A stretch of DNA of 64,000 nt, taken from contig JAURGP010000001.1 of the NCBI GenBank assembly GCA_030833725.1, positions 44,080-108,079 on the forward strand. The letters are read 5' to 3'. This document shows, in pieces, positions 37,344 to 48,252 of the stretch; position 1 is the first letter of the stretch, and each line of letters starts with the position of its first letter. The DNA is from Candidatus Kapaibacterium sp. (lineage in GTDB: Bacteria > Bacteroidota > Ignavibacteria > Kapaibacteriales > Kapaibacteriaceae). The notes under the pieces are model-generated. The model ran no database searches and was not told the origin of the DNA. It saw nothing but the letters and a program-made list of their open reading frames with translations. A program made the position numbers and the translations under genes.

Positions 37344-40300
37344 TTACGAGCATCCGCTTGTGGTGCCGCAGTCGTCACAGACCGTGCAGCTACCGTTTCG
37401 GCGCACATTCGTGGAAGCACAGTTTGTACACGTATCACCGGTGTAGCCAAGCTCGCGAGGATCAACCTTTGCACGCACGCCATTCATCTCACGCGTTTGC
37501 TGACCATGAACATCTACGCTGGTCGGTGGTACGTAGCCGATCGGATCGGAAACTCGTACGGCATTGGCTGGTACGTCTGTGTCAGGGGGCTGAATGGATG
37601 CCGGTGCAGGGTTCAACTCGTCCACGGCCTTGACGTGCACAAAGTCGGTGCGGTTGAGATAATCGTAGCCAAGCGTCCGGAACACGTAGTCCAGCACGGA
37701 CGTTGCGTTCTTGATTGCCTCGTGACCCTCCACAAAGCCCGCCGGTTCGAATCGGGTGAAGGTGAAGGTGTCCACCATCTCCTCGAGCGGAACTCCATAC
37801 TGCAGTGCCTTTGATGCAAGCACAGCAAAACAGTTAAGCAAGCCCTTGAAGGAAGCCCCTTCCTTGTACATGTCGATGAAAATTTCGCCAATCTGGCCGT
37901 CTTCGAACTCACCCGTACGGAGGTAGACCTTGTGGCCACCAACGTTGGCTTCGCGCACGTAGCCGTGACGACGCTTCGGCAAGCGCCGGCGTTCTGCACG
38001 GTGGTACACACGTTCCTTGATGACTTCGTAGACTTCCTTGGGACCCTTGGTCTCATCGAGTGTGTCTTCGTCGCCCAGCATGACGATTTCGTCGAAGCTG
38101 TCGGCACTGGCATTCAGCGGCTGAGAGAGCTTTGAACCGTCACGGTACAGAGCAATGGCCTTGACCATCAGACGCCAGGACTCCATATGCACTTCTTCCA
38201 CTTGACCAACGGTGGCCTCGGCAGGCATGTTGATCGTCTTGGAGATCGCACCGGAGATGAACGACTGGGCAGCAGCCATCATGCGAACGTGGGCCATGTA
38301 ATCGATGTAGCGCTGACCCTTCTTGCCACACTTGTTGGCACAGTCAAAGACAGGTAGATCCGCATCCTTGATATGTGGGGCACCTTCGATGGTCATGGTG
38401 CCACAGACGTAGTCGTTGGCGTAGTCGATCTCTTCCTTGCTGTAACCCAAGCCCTGAAGGACGCTGAACGATGGATCGTCGAGTTGTTCAGTGGTGAAGC
38501 CCAGGCTATGGCAGAGGTCGTCGCCCAACGTGTATCGATTGAACACGAAACGGATATCGAAGGCCGTGTCGAGCTGCTGCTCGATCTTCTCGATCACCTC
38601 GTCGGTGAGCCCCTTTTCCTTCAAGCTCGACTTGTTGATGAACGGGCATGCAACGAGTGTTCCGTGACCCTTGCAATACTTCTCGATATCCTCGATCTCG
38701 CTCTCGCTGTAGCCCAGCTTGTGGAGGGCCTTGCTGACGGACTGATTCACAATCTTGAAGTAGCCACCACCGGCCAGCTTCTTGAACTTGACAATGGCAA
38801 AATCAGGCTCGATACCCGTGGTATCGCAGTCCATCACCAAGCCAATGGTACCCGTAGGGGCAATCACCGTGGCCTGAGCATTACGGTAGCCATACTGCTC
38901 GCCTAGGGCCAGTGCTCGATCCCACGCTTCCCGTGCTGGACCAATCAGGTGGTCCGGGCAGTGATCAGCGCTAATCCCCATTGGCGTGATCGTGAGACCT
39001 TCGTATTCCTCTTTGGTGGCGTTGTATGCTGCACGCCTATGGTTGCGAATCACGCGGAGCATGTCTTCGCGGTTATGCTCGAATCGTGGGAAGGGCTTGA
39101 CGTCCCGTGCCATCTCTGCCGATGTGGCGTAGGACTCGCCCGTCAGGATCGACGTTAGGGCACCAGAGATTGCCAAAGCTTCGGGCGAATCGTATGGAAC
39201 GCCCATCACCATCAACACCGTGCCAAGGTTGGCATATCCCAGACCCAACGTGCGGAAATCGTAGCTACGGCGGGCCATCTCCTTGGATGGGAACTGCGCC
39301 ATCAGCACCGAGATCTCCAGTGTGATGGTCCACAGGCGAATCGCATGCTTGTAGTCGTCTACGCGGAAGGTACCCGTCTGCTCATCGTAGAAGTGACCAA
39401 GGTTGATCGATGCCAGGTTACAGGCCGTGTCGTCCAGGAACATGTACTCCGAACATGGGTTCGAAGCATTGATGCGACCATCCGTTGGGCAGGTGTGCCA
39501 TTCGTTGATGGTTGTATCAAACTGCAGACCTGGGTCGGCGCTCTTCCACGACGACATGTTGATCTTGTTCCACAGGTCGCGTGCCCGCACGGTACGATGC
39601 TTGGTAGCATCGGTACGCCACACAAGGTCCCACGTGGTATCGTTGACGACAGCCTCCATGAAGCTGTTGGTGACGCGTACGGAGTTGTTCGAGTTCTGAC
39701 CCGACACCGTGTTGTACGCCTCGCCTTCGTAGTGCGTATCGTAGGAGTCGAAGTTCAGGGATGTAAAGCCTTGCTCTACAAGGGCCAGTGTCCGCTTGAT
39801 GTAGTTGTAGGGGACGCCGCGATGCAATGCACGCTGAATAAGCATGCGCAGTTCAGGATTGGACTCCGGATCGGCACCGTTCGTATGGGCTTCGTCGGTG
39901 ATGGCCTTCAAGAAGGTGGAGCACACCTTCGAGCCGGACACCAGGGCTGCAACCTTTTCTTCTTCCTTGGCCTTCCACTCAATGAACTTCTCGATATCCG
40001 GGTGATCGATGTTGACAATCACCATCTTGGCAGCACGACGCGTTGTGCCACCACTCTTGATGGCTCCGGCTGCGCGGTCGAACACCTTCAGGAAGGACAT
40101 CAAACCCGACGACACGCCACCACCGCTCAAGCGCTCGGTTTCACCACGCAGGTTAGAGAAGTTCGACCCTGTACCAGATCCAAACTTGAAGATGCGGGCT
40201 TCACGTGTGGCGAGATCGAAGATGCCGCCTTCGTTCACGAGGTCGTCTTCTACCGATTGAATGAAGCAGGCATGGGGCTGAGGATGTGTATAGGCATCCT

Positions 40301-40814
40301 TGGAGCGCGTCATCTTCTCGGTATCCGGATCTACGTAGTGGTGACCCTGAGCCGATCCAGTAATGCCGTAGGCAAAGGCCAGACCCGTATTGAACCATTG
40401 CGGAGAATTTGGTGCGGCCATCTGCTTCAACAGCATGAAGGCCATTTCATCGTAGTACGCTTGAGCATCCTCGGCCGTATCGAAGTAGCCATACTTCTCG
40501 CCCCACCACCTCCAGCATCCGGCCAAACGGTGCACTACCTGACGCACCGATCGCTCCGGACCGGTCACAGGTGCGCCGCTTTCATCCAGAAGGGGCTCTC
40601 CCTGGTCGTTTACCTGAGGAACACCGGCCTTGCGGAAGTACTTCTGAGCAAGAATGTCCGTAGCTACCTGCGACCACTGCTTGGGCACCTCGATGTCGTC
40701 CATCTGGAAGACCACGGAGCCGTCGGGATTACGGAGAATGGATGAACGACGTGTGTACGAGAACTGCTCGTAGGCACTGGAACCCGCCGTTGTAAAGCGT
40801 CGCGCAATGTGCAT
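37344..40814 (-). CDS. nrdJ: Adenosylcobalamin-dependent ribonucleoside-diphosphate/triphosphate reductase (class II RNR)
   Basis: N-terminus MHIARRFTT…[22 protein letters not shown] (hallmark of B12-dependent RNR), active-site region …[21 protein letters not shown]…, C-terminal Cys cluster ([22 protein letters not shown]). SD GGAGGA 5 nt upstream of the ATG (CAT 40812-40814). 1156 aa; no intein hallmarks seen. Confidence 0.9.
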   Translation of the reverse strand: MHIARRFTTAGSSAYEQFSYTRRSSILRNPDGSVVFQMDDIEVPKQWSQVATDILAQKYFRKAGVPQVNDQGEPLLDESGAPVTGPERSVRQVVHRLAGCWRWWGEKYGYFDTAEDAQAYYDEMAFMLLKQMAAPNSPQWFNTGLAFAYGITGSAQGHHYVDPDTEKMTRSKDAYTHPQPHACFIQSVEDDLVNEGGIFDLATREARIFKFGSGTGSNFSNLRGETERLSGGGVSSGLMSFLKVFDRAAGAIKSGGTTRRAAKMVIVNIDHPDIEKFIEWKAKEEEKVAALVSGSKVCSTFLKAITDEAHTNGADPESNPELRMLIQRALHRGVPYNYIKRTLALVEQGFTSLNFDSYDTHYEGEAYNTVSGQNSNNSVRVTNSFMEAVVNDTTWDLVWRTDATKHRTVRARDLWNKINMSSWKSADPGLQFDTTINEWHTCPTDGRINASNPCSEYMFLDDTACNLASINLGHFYDEQTGTFRVDDYKHAIRLWTITLEISVLMAQFPSKEMARRSYDFRTLGLGYANLGTVLMVMGVPYDSPEALAISGALTSILTGESYATSAEMARDVKPFPRFEHNREDMLRVIRNHRRAAYNATKEEYEGLTITPMGISADHCPDHLIGPAREAWDRALALGEQYGYRNAQATVIAPTGTIGLVMDCDTTGIEPDFAIVKFKKLAGGGYFKIVNQSVSKALHKLGYSESEIEDIEKYCKGHGTLVACPFINKSSLKEKGLTDEVIEKIEQQLDTAFDIRFVFNRYTLGDDLCHSLGFTTEQLDDPSFSVLQGLGYSKEEIDYANDYVCGTMTIEGAPHIKDADLPVFDCANKCGKKGQRYIDYMAHVRMMAAAQSFISGAISKTINMPAEATVGQVEEVHMESWRLMVKAIALYRDGSKLSQPLNASADSFDEIVMLGDEDTLDETKGPKEVYEVIKERVYHRAERRRLPKRRHGYVREANVGGHKVYLRTGEFEDGQIGEIFIDMYKEGASFKGLLNCFAVLASKALQYGVPLEEMVDTFTFTRFEPAGFVEGHEAIKNATSVLDYVFRTLGYDYLNRTDFVHVKAVDELNPAPASIQPPDTDVPANAVRVSDPIGYVPPTSVDVHGQQTREMNGVRAKVDPRELGYTGDTCTNCASTNVRRNGSCTVCDDCGTTSGCS

Positions 40815-40829
40815 GGATCCTCCAAGGTG

Positions 40830-40860
40830 CAAAAAATGGTGAAGCCCCCTCCCCACCATC
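40830..40860 (-). promoter_or_regulatory. Terminator-like hairpin + U-run in the nrdJ 5' leader, immediately upstream of its RBS (candidate attenuator)
   Basis: The minus strand reads GATGGTG GGGAGGGGGCTT CACCATT TTTTTG, then CACCTTGGAGGATCC ATG. A 6-7 bp stem, 12-nt loop and T6, sitting in a leader of more than 300 nt. Confidence 0.3.
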
Positions 40861-41183
40861 GTATCACCCGACCAGAGTTCTTTTGATGCGGTTCAGGACA
40901 GAGTTCGCAGACTACGTACTCTCCCCGCTCTGCAAGAAACCGGGTTGGTTGATGTGTGATGGGAGCTGTTCGTGATCGCTGGTGATGGCTCCTGAGAGCT
41001 GATGCGTTATTGACCGGGCCGTGTAATCTTTACCACCATACTGCTGCCATACAGACGTACTTTTCCGTACTACTGCTGTGCGATCTTCGAACAACGATGG
41101 GCAAAATAGTGTACACTGGTGCGATCGTCAACGGATATCGGTTGATGTGGAAAAATAGCTGTCTCATCCTCTGAAATAGTAAC

Positions 41184-41786
41184 ATGTCTTGGCTTCTTCA
41201 CACCCTCGCGGGCATCGATGTATGGCTCTTCAATGCCATTAACCACGGGCTTTCCAACGGATTGTTCGATGCAGTGATGCCGATGTTCACGTCGGTGACG
41301 TGGTGGCGTCCGGTGTACGTGATCGGTCTGGTCCTGTTGCTATGGAAGGGTGGTGTTCGCGGACGTTGGGCAGCGGCAACGCTCGTGGTGATGATTGCCA
41401 TCTTCGATCCCCTGAGCACGATCCTGCTGAAAAATCCCATCGATCGACTCCGGCCGTTTAACGTCCTTCCCGATGCCATCAATCTGATCGGCATGGTGGG
41501 GAATGGTGCGGGCTCCTTTCCTTCTAACCACGCGCTGAACAACACGGCAGCGGCCGTGATTCTCCACCACTATTACCCGCAGCGGACCTGGCTATGGGTG
41601 AGTATCGCAGCCCTGATGGCTTTTTCGCGGATCTACGTGGGCGTGCACTGGCCCAGTGATGTGCTGGGCGGGGCGCTACTGGGGCTTGTAGGGGGCTATG
41701 GCATGGTTGTGCTGGCTCGATTCATTCAGCAGCGATCACCGCTGCCGCGGCCCGACGACCACTCCGAACAGCACCCTCGAGCGTAG
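41184..41786 (+). CDS. PAP2 family phosphatase (phosphatidic-acid/undecaprenyl-diphosphate phosphatase-like)
   Basis: All three PAP2 motifs present: KNPIDRLRP, PSNH, SRIYVGVHWPSD; polytopic membrane protein. Confidence 0.8.
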   Translation: MSWLLHTLAGIDVWLFNAINHGLSNGLFDAVMPMFTSVTWWRPVYVIGLVLLLWKGGVRGRWAAATLVVMIAIFDPLSTILLKNPIDRLRPFNVLPDAINLIGMVGNGAGSFPSNHALNNTAAAVILHHYYPQRTWLWVSIAALMAFSRIYVGVHWPSDVLGGALLGLVGGYGMVVLARFIQQRSPLPRPDDHSEQHPRA

Positions 41787-42999
41787 CCGGTAAGCCGGTA
41801 TCGGTCCAGTCGCCAGCTACGGCAACATTCCGGGGCACGCCGGGCACCTGATGGCACCGTGCAGCCCGCTCTGTTGGCAAGAACAGTGGCGTGGCTTGTT
41901 TTTCCTTGATCACCTGGCCATGGTGCAGGTAAACATCTGTTGCAAGGCCAAAAAGCTGGCGCAACTCGGCATCACACTGGGTAATGATCTCCTCGCTGCT
42001 GCGGCTGGCAAGAGCGGATGCTGCACTGATCGTGAGTGAAACCACGCCTGGCGACGGCTTGCGGAACACCCACTGGATGGTTGTCCCCAAGGTGGCTACC
42101 ATGTCATCAGCCAACCACGACTGGTTGTACCACAGGTACACGCTAATGATCGGTGAATTGACGAAGCTGGGAACCTTGGCTTCCGGTAGGATTCGTTGCA
42201 CCGATGCAGCCGGTGTGGCAATCACTACAGCATCGGCCTCGATGCGCTCACCATTCGAACACCACACAGCCTGCACTATGTGGTCGTCAGCTTCTAGGCG
42301 CTCCACCATCGTGCTGAGGCGCACCGTGCCGTTGCGTTGCTCGAGCCACGCGGGAAATGGTTCGAGTAACCACGACAGGCCTGTCGTTGGCAGCAGAATG
42401 CGAGCGGCATCCGTTCCCCCAAGGAATCCTAGGCGCATCACCGCAAGAAGCAGTTGCGCGTCGGCCAGATGCAGTGGTGCGTTGAGTGTTGCCAAGATGA
42501 TGGGTTCCCAAAATCGCTCGATGGCCTGCGGTGTTTGGCCCATACGTTGAAGATGCTGCAAGCACGTCTCCTCACCGGCCTGCAACCGTCCCAGCTGGAG
42601 TTGGAGCGCCCAGCGAAGAATCCCACGCTTCGAGGACCACGATAACCCACCAAGTGTTGCAATGCCCCATGCCATGCCGAGTGTTCCCGGCAGTCGTCCG
42701 GCGTTCAGCACCGTGCGCCGCCCAGAAACGTCTACAAATGGCACCTTTAAGGCCGGCTGCGGCTGTAGGACATGTTCTGTGCCCAAGGCGCTGATCATGT
42801 CCAGCATGCTCGTGTAGGCGCCAATCAGCACGTGTTGGCCGTTGTCGATTTCAGTACCGGTGTGCCGGTCGACGAACGATCGTGCACGCCCCCCTAGGTA
42901 GCTGCGCGACTCTAGAACGGTTACGCATGCACCCCGTTCAGCAGCGTACATTGCTGCGGCTACGCCGCTCCATCCCCCTCCAATAACTACCACGTGCAT
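41722..42999 (-). CDS. FAD-dependent oxidoreductase (amine-oxidase/phytoene-desaturase superfamily; HpnE/CrtD-like)
   Basis: MHVVVIGGGWSGVAAAMYAAERGACVTVLESRSYLGGR dinucleotide-binding βαβ motif. Start at CAT 42997-42999. The 3' end overlaps the convergent PAP2 gene by 65 nt. Confidence 0.6.
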   Translation of the reverse strand: MHVVVIGGGWSGVAAAMYAAERGACVTVLESRSYLGGRARSFVDRHTGTEIDNGQHVLIGAYTSMLDMISALGTEHVLQPQPALKVPFVDVSGRRTVLNAGRLPGTLGMAWGIATLGGLSWSSKRGILRWALQLQLGRLQAGEETCLQHLQRMGQTPQAIERFWEPIILATLNAPLHLADAQLLLAVMRLGFLGGTDAARILLPTTGLSWLLEPFPAWLEQRNGTVRLSTMVERLEADDHIVQAVWCSNGERIEADAVVIATPAASVQRILPEAKVPSFVNSPIISVYLWYNQSWLADDMVATLGTTIQWVFRKPSPGVVSLTISAASALASRSSEEIITQCDAELRQLFGLATDVYLHHGQVIKEKQATPLFLPTERAARCHQVPGVPRNVAVAGDWTDTGLPATLEGAVRSGRRAAAAVIAAE

Positions 43000-43043
43000 A
43001 GCTGTAAATTCGAGAAAATCGAGAACAAACCGGGGATGGTCTG

Positions 43044-43382
43044 ATGCAGACAATGATTACATGGGCTGACTTCGAGGCTGTCGATCTGCGCGCTGGCACG
43101 ATCGTGCGCGCCGAACCGTTCCCAGAGGCCCGCAAGCCGGCCTACAAACTCTGGATCGACCTCGGGCAGGGGGCTCTTCGGCAAAGTAGCGCACAGATCA
43201 CCGACCTGTACCAGACCGAGGCCCTGGTTGGCAAACAGGTGTTGGTGGTTTGCAACTTCCCACCCAAGCAGATCGGCCCCTGGATGAGTGAAGTTCTCGT
43301 GTGCGGATTTGTGCAGGACAACGGATCGGTGGTTCTGGCCGTGCCGGATTCTGCCGTTGCTGATGGCACAAAACTTCGATAG
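43044..43382 (+). CDS. csaA: tRNA-binding protein (CsaA/Trbp111, EMAP-II/Myf OB-fold)
   Basis: WADFEAVDLRAGTIVRAEPFPEARKPAYKLWIDLG…KQVLVVCNFPPKQIG is the canonical tRNA-binding OB-fold domain. Confidence 0.75.
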   Translation: MQTMITWADFEAVDLRAGTIVRAEPFPEARKPAYKLWIDLGQGALRQSSAQITDLYQTEALVGKQVLVVCNFPPKQIGPWMSEVLVCGFVQDNGSVVLAVPDSAVADGTKLR

Positions 43383-43403
43383 AAGTTGTAGATTTGTCGT
43401 TCT

Positions 43404-43485
43404 GCGGAAGTGGCGAAATTGGCAGACGCACCAGACTTAGGATCTGGCGGGGCGACCCGTGAGAGTTCGAGTCTCTCCTTCCGCA
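43404..43485 (+). tRNA. tRNA-Leu (anticodon UAG)
   Basis: Cloverleaf folded by hand: acceptor GCGGAAG/CTTCCGC, D-arm GCG…CGC, anticodon stem CCAGA/TCTGG with loop CTTAGGA (anticodon TAG), long variable arm CGGGGCGACCCGT (class II), T-arm GAGAG-TTCGAGT-CTCTC, discriminator A. CC follows at 43486-87. Confidence 0.85.
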
Positions 43486-43525
43486 CCCCCCTTTATTTTT
43501 CGTAGGTTTTCGTAGGACTTTTACC

Positions 43526-44752
43526 TTGGACCAGCTCATTACTGCGCTGGAAGGGTGCACCCGTGAGGTGCGCATTACCCTTTCGGCCACCGACCTCAAA
43601 CCACACTACAACGACGCCTACGCAAAAGCTCAGAAGTCGATCTCACTGCCAGGTTTCCGAAAAGGGAAGGTTCCTCTCCCCACCATCAAGCAGCGTTTCG
43701 GTAAGCAAGTCGAAGCCGAAGCCTTGGAAACCATTGCCGACACGGAGTTCAAGCGTGTGGCGCTGGCCGAGAAACTTGCCGTTGTAGGCAATCCGGCACT
43801 GACCAACATCGAGGAGTCAGCTGATGGCAGCGTGGTCTTCACCATTCTGTGCGAGGTGATGCCCGAGTTCGATCTGGGTGACTATCGATCGCTGTCGGTG
43901 AATCGCCCCGTACGTCCGGTTTCTGAAGAGGACGTCCAGGAAGAGATTGATCGCCTCTGTCTCCGTGCTGCTACCTTCGAAACAGCTGAGGAATCGTCCG
44001 ATGCCATGCACGTGGTGACGTTCACGATGGATGGCAAGGAAGAACGGGTGTTTCTGGACGACGACCAAGTAGACATGCACCTGCGCAACTCGCTCACGAA
44101 CAAGAAGGTAGGCGATACAACTCAGTACACTGCCGAAACGCAGGATGAACAGAGTGAGCCCCCTACCTACGAGATCACCATTACGGACATCCAGAAGGTG
44201 GTTCCAGCCGAGTTCACCAATAGCTTTGTGGAGACGATCACCGGTGGACGCTTCACCACCACCGAGGACCTGCGAAACGACATTGAAACGCAGTTGCATG
44301 ACTATTTCCAGCGGACGTCCCGGAATGCCGTGGAAAACCAGGTTGTAGAGCAGTTGGTTGGCATGCACTCCTTCGACATCCCCCATAGCCTCGTGCATTC
44401 GGTGATGCACCAGCTCTTCGAGGACTTCAAGAAGCGCAACGAAGGTGCTCCTGGCATCGACCAACTCACAGCCCATGATCTGGAAGACGAGCTGAAGCCT
44501 TCGGCCGAGCGCATCGTGCGGTGGGAATTGATTCGCAACAAGATTGTTGATGCCGAGCAGTTGGAAGTTGCCGACAGTGATCTTGGTGATGCTGCTGAAA
44601 AGTATGGCATCCCCGAAGATCAGTTCCGCATGCTGATGCGTCAGAATCGTCAGGTGATGGATCAACTGCTTGCCGAGAAAGCCATGACGGCACTCATTGA
44701 CTATGCCGTGGTAACCGACGTGGACGCCGACACTCAGCAACCAATCGTGTAG
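43526..44752 (+). CDS. tig: Trigger factor
   Basis: N-terminal ribosome-binding domain with GFRKGKVP signature, PPIase and C-terminal arms; TTG start; followed by clpP-clpX. Confidence 0.9.
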   Translation: MDQLITALEGCTREVRITLSATDLKPHYNDAYAKAQKSISLPGFRKGKVPLPTIKQRFGKQVEAEALETIADTEFKRVALAEKLAVVGNPALTNIEESADGSVVFTILCEVMPEFDLGDYRSLSVNRPVRPVSEEDVQEEIDRLCLRAATFETAEESSDAMHVVTFTMDGKEERVFLDDDQVDMHLRNSLTNKKVGDTTQYTAETQDEQSEPPTYEITITDIQKVVPAEFTNSFVETITGGRFTTTEDLRNDIETQLHDYFQRTSRNAVENQVVEQLVGMHSFDIPHSLVHSVMHQLFEDFKKRNEGAPGIDQLTAHDLEDELKPSAERIVRWELIRNKIVDAEQLEVADSDLGDAAEKYGIPEDQFRMLMRQNRQVMDQLLAEKAMTALIDYAVVTDVDADTQQPIV

Positions 44753-44766
44753 GAAGGATCACAGCC

Positions 44767-45375
44767 ATGTACAACAACCTGGTACCGATGGTCGTAGAGC
44801 AAACCAGCCGTGGTGAGCGCGCCTACGACATCTACTCGCGCCTGCTCAAGGAACGCATCATCTTCATTGGCACGCCCATCGATGATGTGGTGGCCAGCCT
44901 GACGATTGCCCAGCTGCTGTTCCTGCAGAGCGAGGATCCAAACAAGGACATCTCGGTGTACATCAACTCACCAGGTGGTAGCGTCTCGGCCGGTATGGCC
45001 ATCTACGATACGATGCAGTTTGTCAAGCCGGATATCTCCACGATTTGCGTTGGTATGGCTGCCTCGATGGCGCAGGTACTGCTGTGTGCCGGTTCAGCTG
45101 GCAAGCGTTTCGCCCTGCCACACTCGAAGATCATGATGCACCAGCCACTGGGTGGAACGCAGGGACAGGCCTCGGATATCGAGATCTACACGAAGGAGAT
45201 GCTCCGTACGCGCGACATGCTCTACTCGATCATCAGCACGCACACGGGCAAGGATTACGAGACGATCAAGAAAGATGCAGATCGCGACAACTACATGACG
45301 GCGCAAGAGGCTCTCAGCTACGGTTTGATCGACAAGGTTCTTGAGCGGGCTCAGCCAGCTGCCAAGAAAGACTAA
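44767..45375 (+). CDS. clpP: ATP-dependent Clp protease proteolytic subunit
   Basis: …[14 protein letters not shown]…MMHQPLGG… catalytic Ser/His region; 202 aa. Confidence 0.92.
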   Translation: MYNNLVPMVVEQTSRGERAYDIYSRLLKERIIFIGTPIDDVVASLTIAQLLFLQSEDPNKDISVYINSPGGSVSAGMAIYDTMQFVKPDISTICVGMAASMAQVLLCAGSAGKRFALPHSKIMMHQPLGGTQGQASDIEIYTKEMLRTRDMLYSIISTHTGKDYETIKKDADRDNYMTAQEALSYGLIDKVLERAQPAAKKD

Positions 45376-45395
45376 CGACACCAAAGGACGGATTC

Positions 45396-46661
45396 GTGGA
45401 GCAACCCGAAGAACTGCACTGTTCGTTTTGCGGACGGAATTCGCGCGAGGTTACCAGCCTGATTGCAGGCAAGGGTGCCTACATGTGCGACATCTGCGTG
45501 CAGAACTCGGTAGACATTCTCCGAAAGAATGCACAAAAAGCTGGTGTTCAAACGGACATCTCCTCGCTTCCCAAGCCTTCGGAAATCAAGAAGCAGCTCG
45601 ACCAGTTCGTGATCGGCCAGGACCAGCCCAAGGAGGTCCTCTCCGTGGCCGTGTACAACCATTACAAGCGCATTCAAGCCGAGGACTTCGTAAGCCCCTT
45701 CGATGATGTCGACATCGAGAAGAGCAACATTCTGCTGCTTGGTCCTACCGGTACCGGAAAGACGCTGCTGGCGCAAACGCTTGCTCGTATCCTTGACGTG
45801 CCATTTGCTATTGCCGATGCCACAACGCTTACCGAGGCAGGCTACGTTGGGGACGACGTCGAGTCCATCATCGTGAATCTTCTGCAGAATGCCGACTACA
45901 ACGTGGAGCGAGCCGAGCGCGGTATCATCTACGTGGACGAGATCGACAAGCTTACGCGAAAGAGCGACTCTGCCTCGATCACGCGTGACGTGTCTGGTGA
46001 AGGCGTTCAACAGGGCCTGCTGAAGATGCTGGAGGGAACCGTAGCCGGCATCCCACCCAAGGGTGGCCGTAAGCATCCGGAGCAGCCGTTGATCTACGTA
46101 AACACGCGCAACATCCTGTTCATCTGCGGCGGTGCCTTCGACGGCCTGGAAAAGATCATTGCTCGCCGCAAGCGCCCAACAACAATCGGCTTTACAGCAG
46201 GTGCAGCTGATACCGTCGAGGAGCACACTGGTCTCCTTCGGTTCGTCGAGCCCGACGACCTCGTGAAGTTTGGCTTCATTCCGGAATTCATCGGTCGGCT
46301 ACCGGTGGTCACAGCTCTGGATCCTCTCTCGGACGAGGCCATGCTGGATATCCTTACCAACCCCAAGAATGCCCTGGTAAAACAGTACCAGAAACTCCTG
46401 CTGCTGGAAGGTATCCAGCTGGAGTTCGACACCGATGCCCTTCAGGCTATTGTGGTGCGGGCTAAGCAGCGCAAAACGGGGGCAAGGGGCTTGCGAGGCG
46501 TGATGGAAGAAGTGATGAATCCCATCATGTATCGCCTGCCAGACCAGCGCGAGGTACGTCTGTGCAGAATCACGAAGGCTGTGGTGACGGACGGAGCACA
46601 GCCCATCCTGAGCACTGCCGACGATCGTCAGAACGCCGATCGTCCGAACCTTAGCGCGTAA
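45396..46661 (+). CDS. clpX: ATP-dependent Clp protease ATP-binding subunit ClpX
   Basis: Zinc-binding CSFCGR…CDIC N-terminus, AAA+ Walker A GPTGTGKT and GYVG pore loop. Confidence 0.92.
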   Translation: MEQPEELHCSFCGRNSREVTSLIAGKGAYMCDICVQNSVDILRKNAQKAGVQTDISSLPKPSEIKKQLDQFVIGQDQPKEVLSVAVYNHYKRIQAEDFVSPFDDVDIEKSNILLLGPTGTGKTLLAQTLARILDVPFAIADATTLTEAGYVGDDVESIIVNLLQNADYNVERAERGIIYVDEIDKLTRKSDSASITRDVSGEGVQQGLLKMLEGTVAGIPPKGGRKHPEQPLIYVNTRNILFICGGAFDGLEKIIARRKRPTTIGFTAGAADTVEEHTGLLRFVEPDDLVKFGFIPEFIGRLPVVTALDPLSDEAMLDILTNPKNALVKQYQKLLLLEGIQLEFDTDALQAIVVRAKQRKTGARGLRGVMEEVMNPIMYRLPDQREVRLCRITKAVVTDGAQPILSTADDRQNADRPNLSA

Positions 46662-48240
46662 CCACCAGCGGTTGCACCACCTGTCCTTGAGCTGAACTCA
46701 GCCGTACGTAGTACGTTCCCGACGGTAGTCGATCCACGTCCACGTCGGTGCTGTACGTGCCTGGATCGAACTGTCGATGGTCAAGGGTTCGCACGTGCAA
46801 TCCCAATGCGTCAAACAGGTCCAAACGCAGCTCAGTATGCTCCTGTACCGTGTAGTGGATGCGCGCTTCCGTACTCACGGGATTCGGGCTGATTGAACGT
46901 AAGGACACGCTGCCATTGCTCGCTGCTGGAGTGCCGACACTGGTGGTGGATCCCTTGATCACACGGATCGTTTCGTACGGCCGCATCAGCACGTCCTGAA
47001 CGTCCTGCGGACTGGCTCCGAACCACTGCTCCAACACACTAGCATAGATCTGGCGGAAGTCGAACCGGATCTTCATGTTCTGGTTCTCCAGATCCTCGAG
47101 GTCCGGTGTGGTGCTGGTAACACCGTCCTGCACAGGCGTACCCATGAAGAACATTGGTGCCGCCGTACCGTGGTCGGTTCCGTAGCTCAGGTTGGAGTAC
47201 GGCCTGCGGCCAAACTCCGAGAACGTCATCGTGACCACACGATGATCAACCTTCTGCGCTTCCAGATCACGCTGGAAGGCCGACAACGCCTCGCTCACCA
47301 AGCGCAACAGACCAGCATGGGCGCCAAGTGTAGGATCGCCTTCATCCACCTGGGCGGCGTGCGTATCAAAGCCGTTGAGCGTAACCACGTAGGCCCGCGT
47401 CTTCAAGCCCCCTGCAATCAACCGGGCAACAACAGCAAGTTGATCGGCCAGACGGTTTGCCTCCGGATAGGTCACCTGATTGGTGGCCTTGTCGGCAGCG
47501 GCCTTGATCACCGTAGAGTAGTCCATGCTCTTGAGCTGGATCTGTCGGACGTACTCCACATTCTCGCGAGCATACGAAGTGGATGGCAGATCTGTTCCTG
47601 GAGTATCGGTTCCGCTTACAAGGTTGTAAAACGTTTCGGGGTCCTGCAGCGCCATGCCCATGGACTGTCGTTCCTTACCCACCAACAACAGGCTTACCAC
47701 AGCCGACATCTGGATGGCTACCGGGTCCGGCATCGCTGTATTCGGATAACCCTCCGGATAGCCGGCATAGACGGTATTCAGGTATCGTCCTAGCCATCCC
47801 GTGGGTTCCGAAACATTCGCATCGCTACCACTCATCCAGATATCATTCGATCGGAAGTGCGATTGATCGGGGTTGGGATAGTTCACGCCATGCACCACTC
47901 CCAGCTTCTGCTCTCCATACAACTCAGCGAGTTTCTCCAGTGAAGGGTGTAGTGCCGAATGGTCGTGATTCGGCAGGCGCAGCGCAGCTTCCTCGGGGAT
48001 AGCCACACTTGGTCGAATACGGGCATACGTATCGTACTGATCCAGCGGTATCACGGTGTTCAAGCCATCATTGCCGCCATTGAGCTGCACCAGGACCAAC
48101 ACGCGATCGGACTCCTCCGTGGTGTTGAACAGCTGCTGAAGCTTGGGGCCATCATAGGCTTTGAGCGGGATGCCCTGCAACACGAGTGGCAGGCTCACGG
48201 CACCCAGGCCGGTACGAGTGATAAAGTTTCTGCGATTCAT
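46651..48240 (-). CDS. DUF1501 family protein with Tat signal and T9SS type-A C-terminal sorting domain
   Basis: Twin-arginine signal [18 protein letters not shown]; DUF1501 core (…[18 protein letters not shown]…); C-terminal about 80 aa (…[15 protein letters not shown]…[14 protein letters not shown]…[10 protein letters not shown]…) matches the Por_Secre_tail pattern. Confidence 0.75.
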   Translation of the reverse strand: MNRRNFITRTGLGAVSLPLVLQGIPLKAYDGPKLQQLFNTTEESDRVLVLVQLNGGNDGLNTVIPLDQYDTYARIRPSVAIPEEAALRLPNHDHSALHPSLEKLAELYGEQKLGVVHGVNYPNPDQSHFRSNDIWMSGSDANVSEPTGWLGRYLNTVYAGYPEGYPNTAMPDPVAIQMSAVVSLLLVGKERQSMGMALQDPETFYNLVSGTDTPGTDLPSTSYARENVEYVRQIQLKSMDYSTVIKAAADKATNQVTYPEANRLADQLAVVARLIAGGLKTRAYVVTLNGFDTHAAQVDEGDPTLGAHAGLLRLVSEALSAFQRDLEAQKVDHRVVTMTFSEFGRRPYSNLSYGTDHGTAAPMFFMGTPVQDGVTSTTPDLEDLENQNMKIRFDFRQIYASVLEQWFGASPQDVQDVLMRPYETIRVIKGSTTSVGTPAASNGSVSLRSISPNPVSTEARIHYTVQEHTELRLDLFDALGLHVRTLDHRQFDPGTYSTDVDVDRLPSGTYYVRLSSAQGQVVQPLVVTR

Positions 48241-48252
48241 CGTGTGATCCCG

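Noticed and set aside
39345-40745. 466-aa antisense ORF inside nrdJ (and similar long shadow ORFs inside tig 43817-44740, the OMP gene 14741-15631, dnaA 4722-5255)
   Set aside because: These are typical stop-codon-poor antisense frames of GC-rich coding DNA. The products are Arg/His/Gly-rich with no motifs, and they fully overlap well-supported genes.
37344-40814. Possible intein in the unusually long (1156-aa) NrdJ
   Set aside because: No intein splice-junction hallmarks were seen: no Cys/Ser right after a conserved extein block followed by a HEN domain, and no terminal HN-C/S/T block. The extra length is more consistent with the long-form class II RNRs that carry N-terminal ATP-cone-like regions and C-terminal Cys-rich extensions.
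40859-40859. Alternative nrdJ start at the upstream ATG ([15 protein letters not shown]…)
   Set aside because: That ATG lies inside the leader hairpin and has no SD. The downstream ATG (40814) is preceded by GGAGGA at optimal spacing and begins MHIARRFT, which matches class II RNR N-termini.
40815-41183. Cobalamin riboswitch or NrdR operator in the nrdJ leader
   Set aside because: No B12-box-like element and no 16-bp NrdR palindrome pair was recognised by eye; only a half-site-like ACACTATTTTG. A covariance-model search is needed before calling either.
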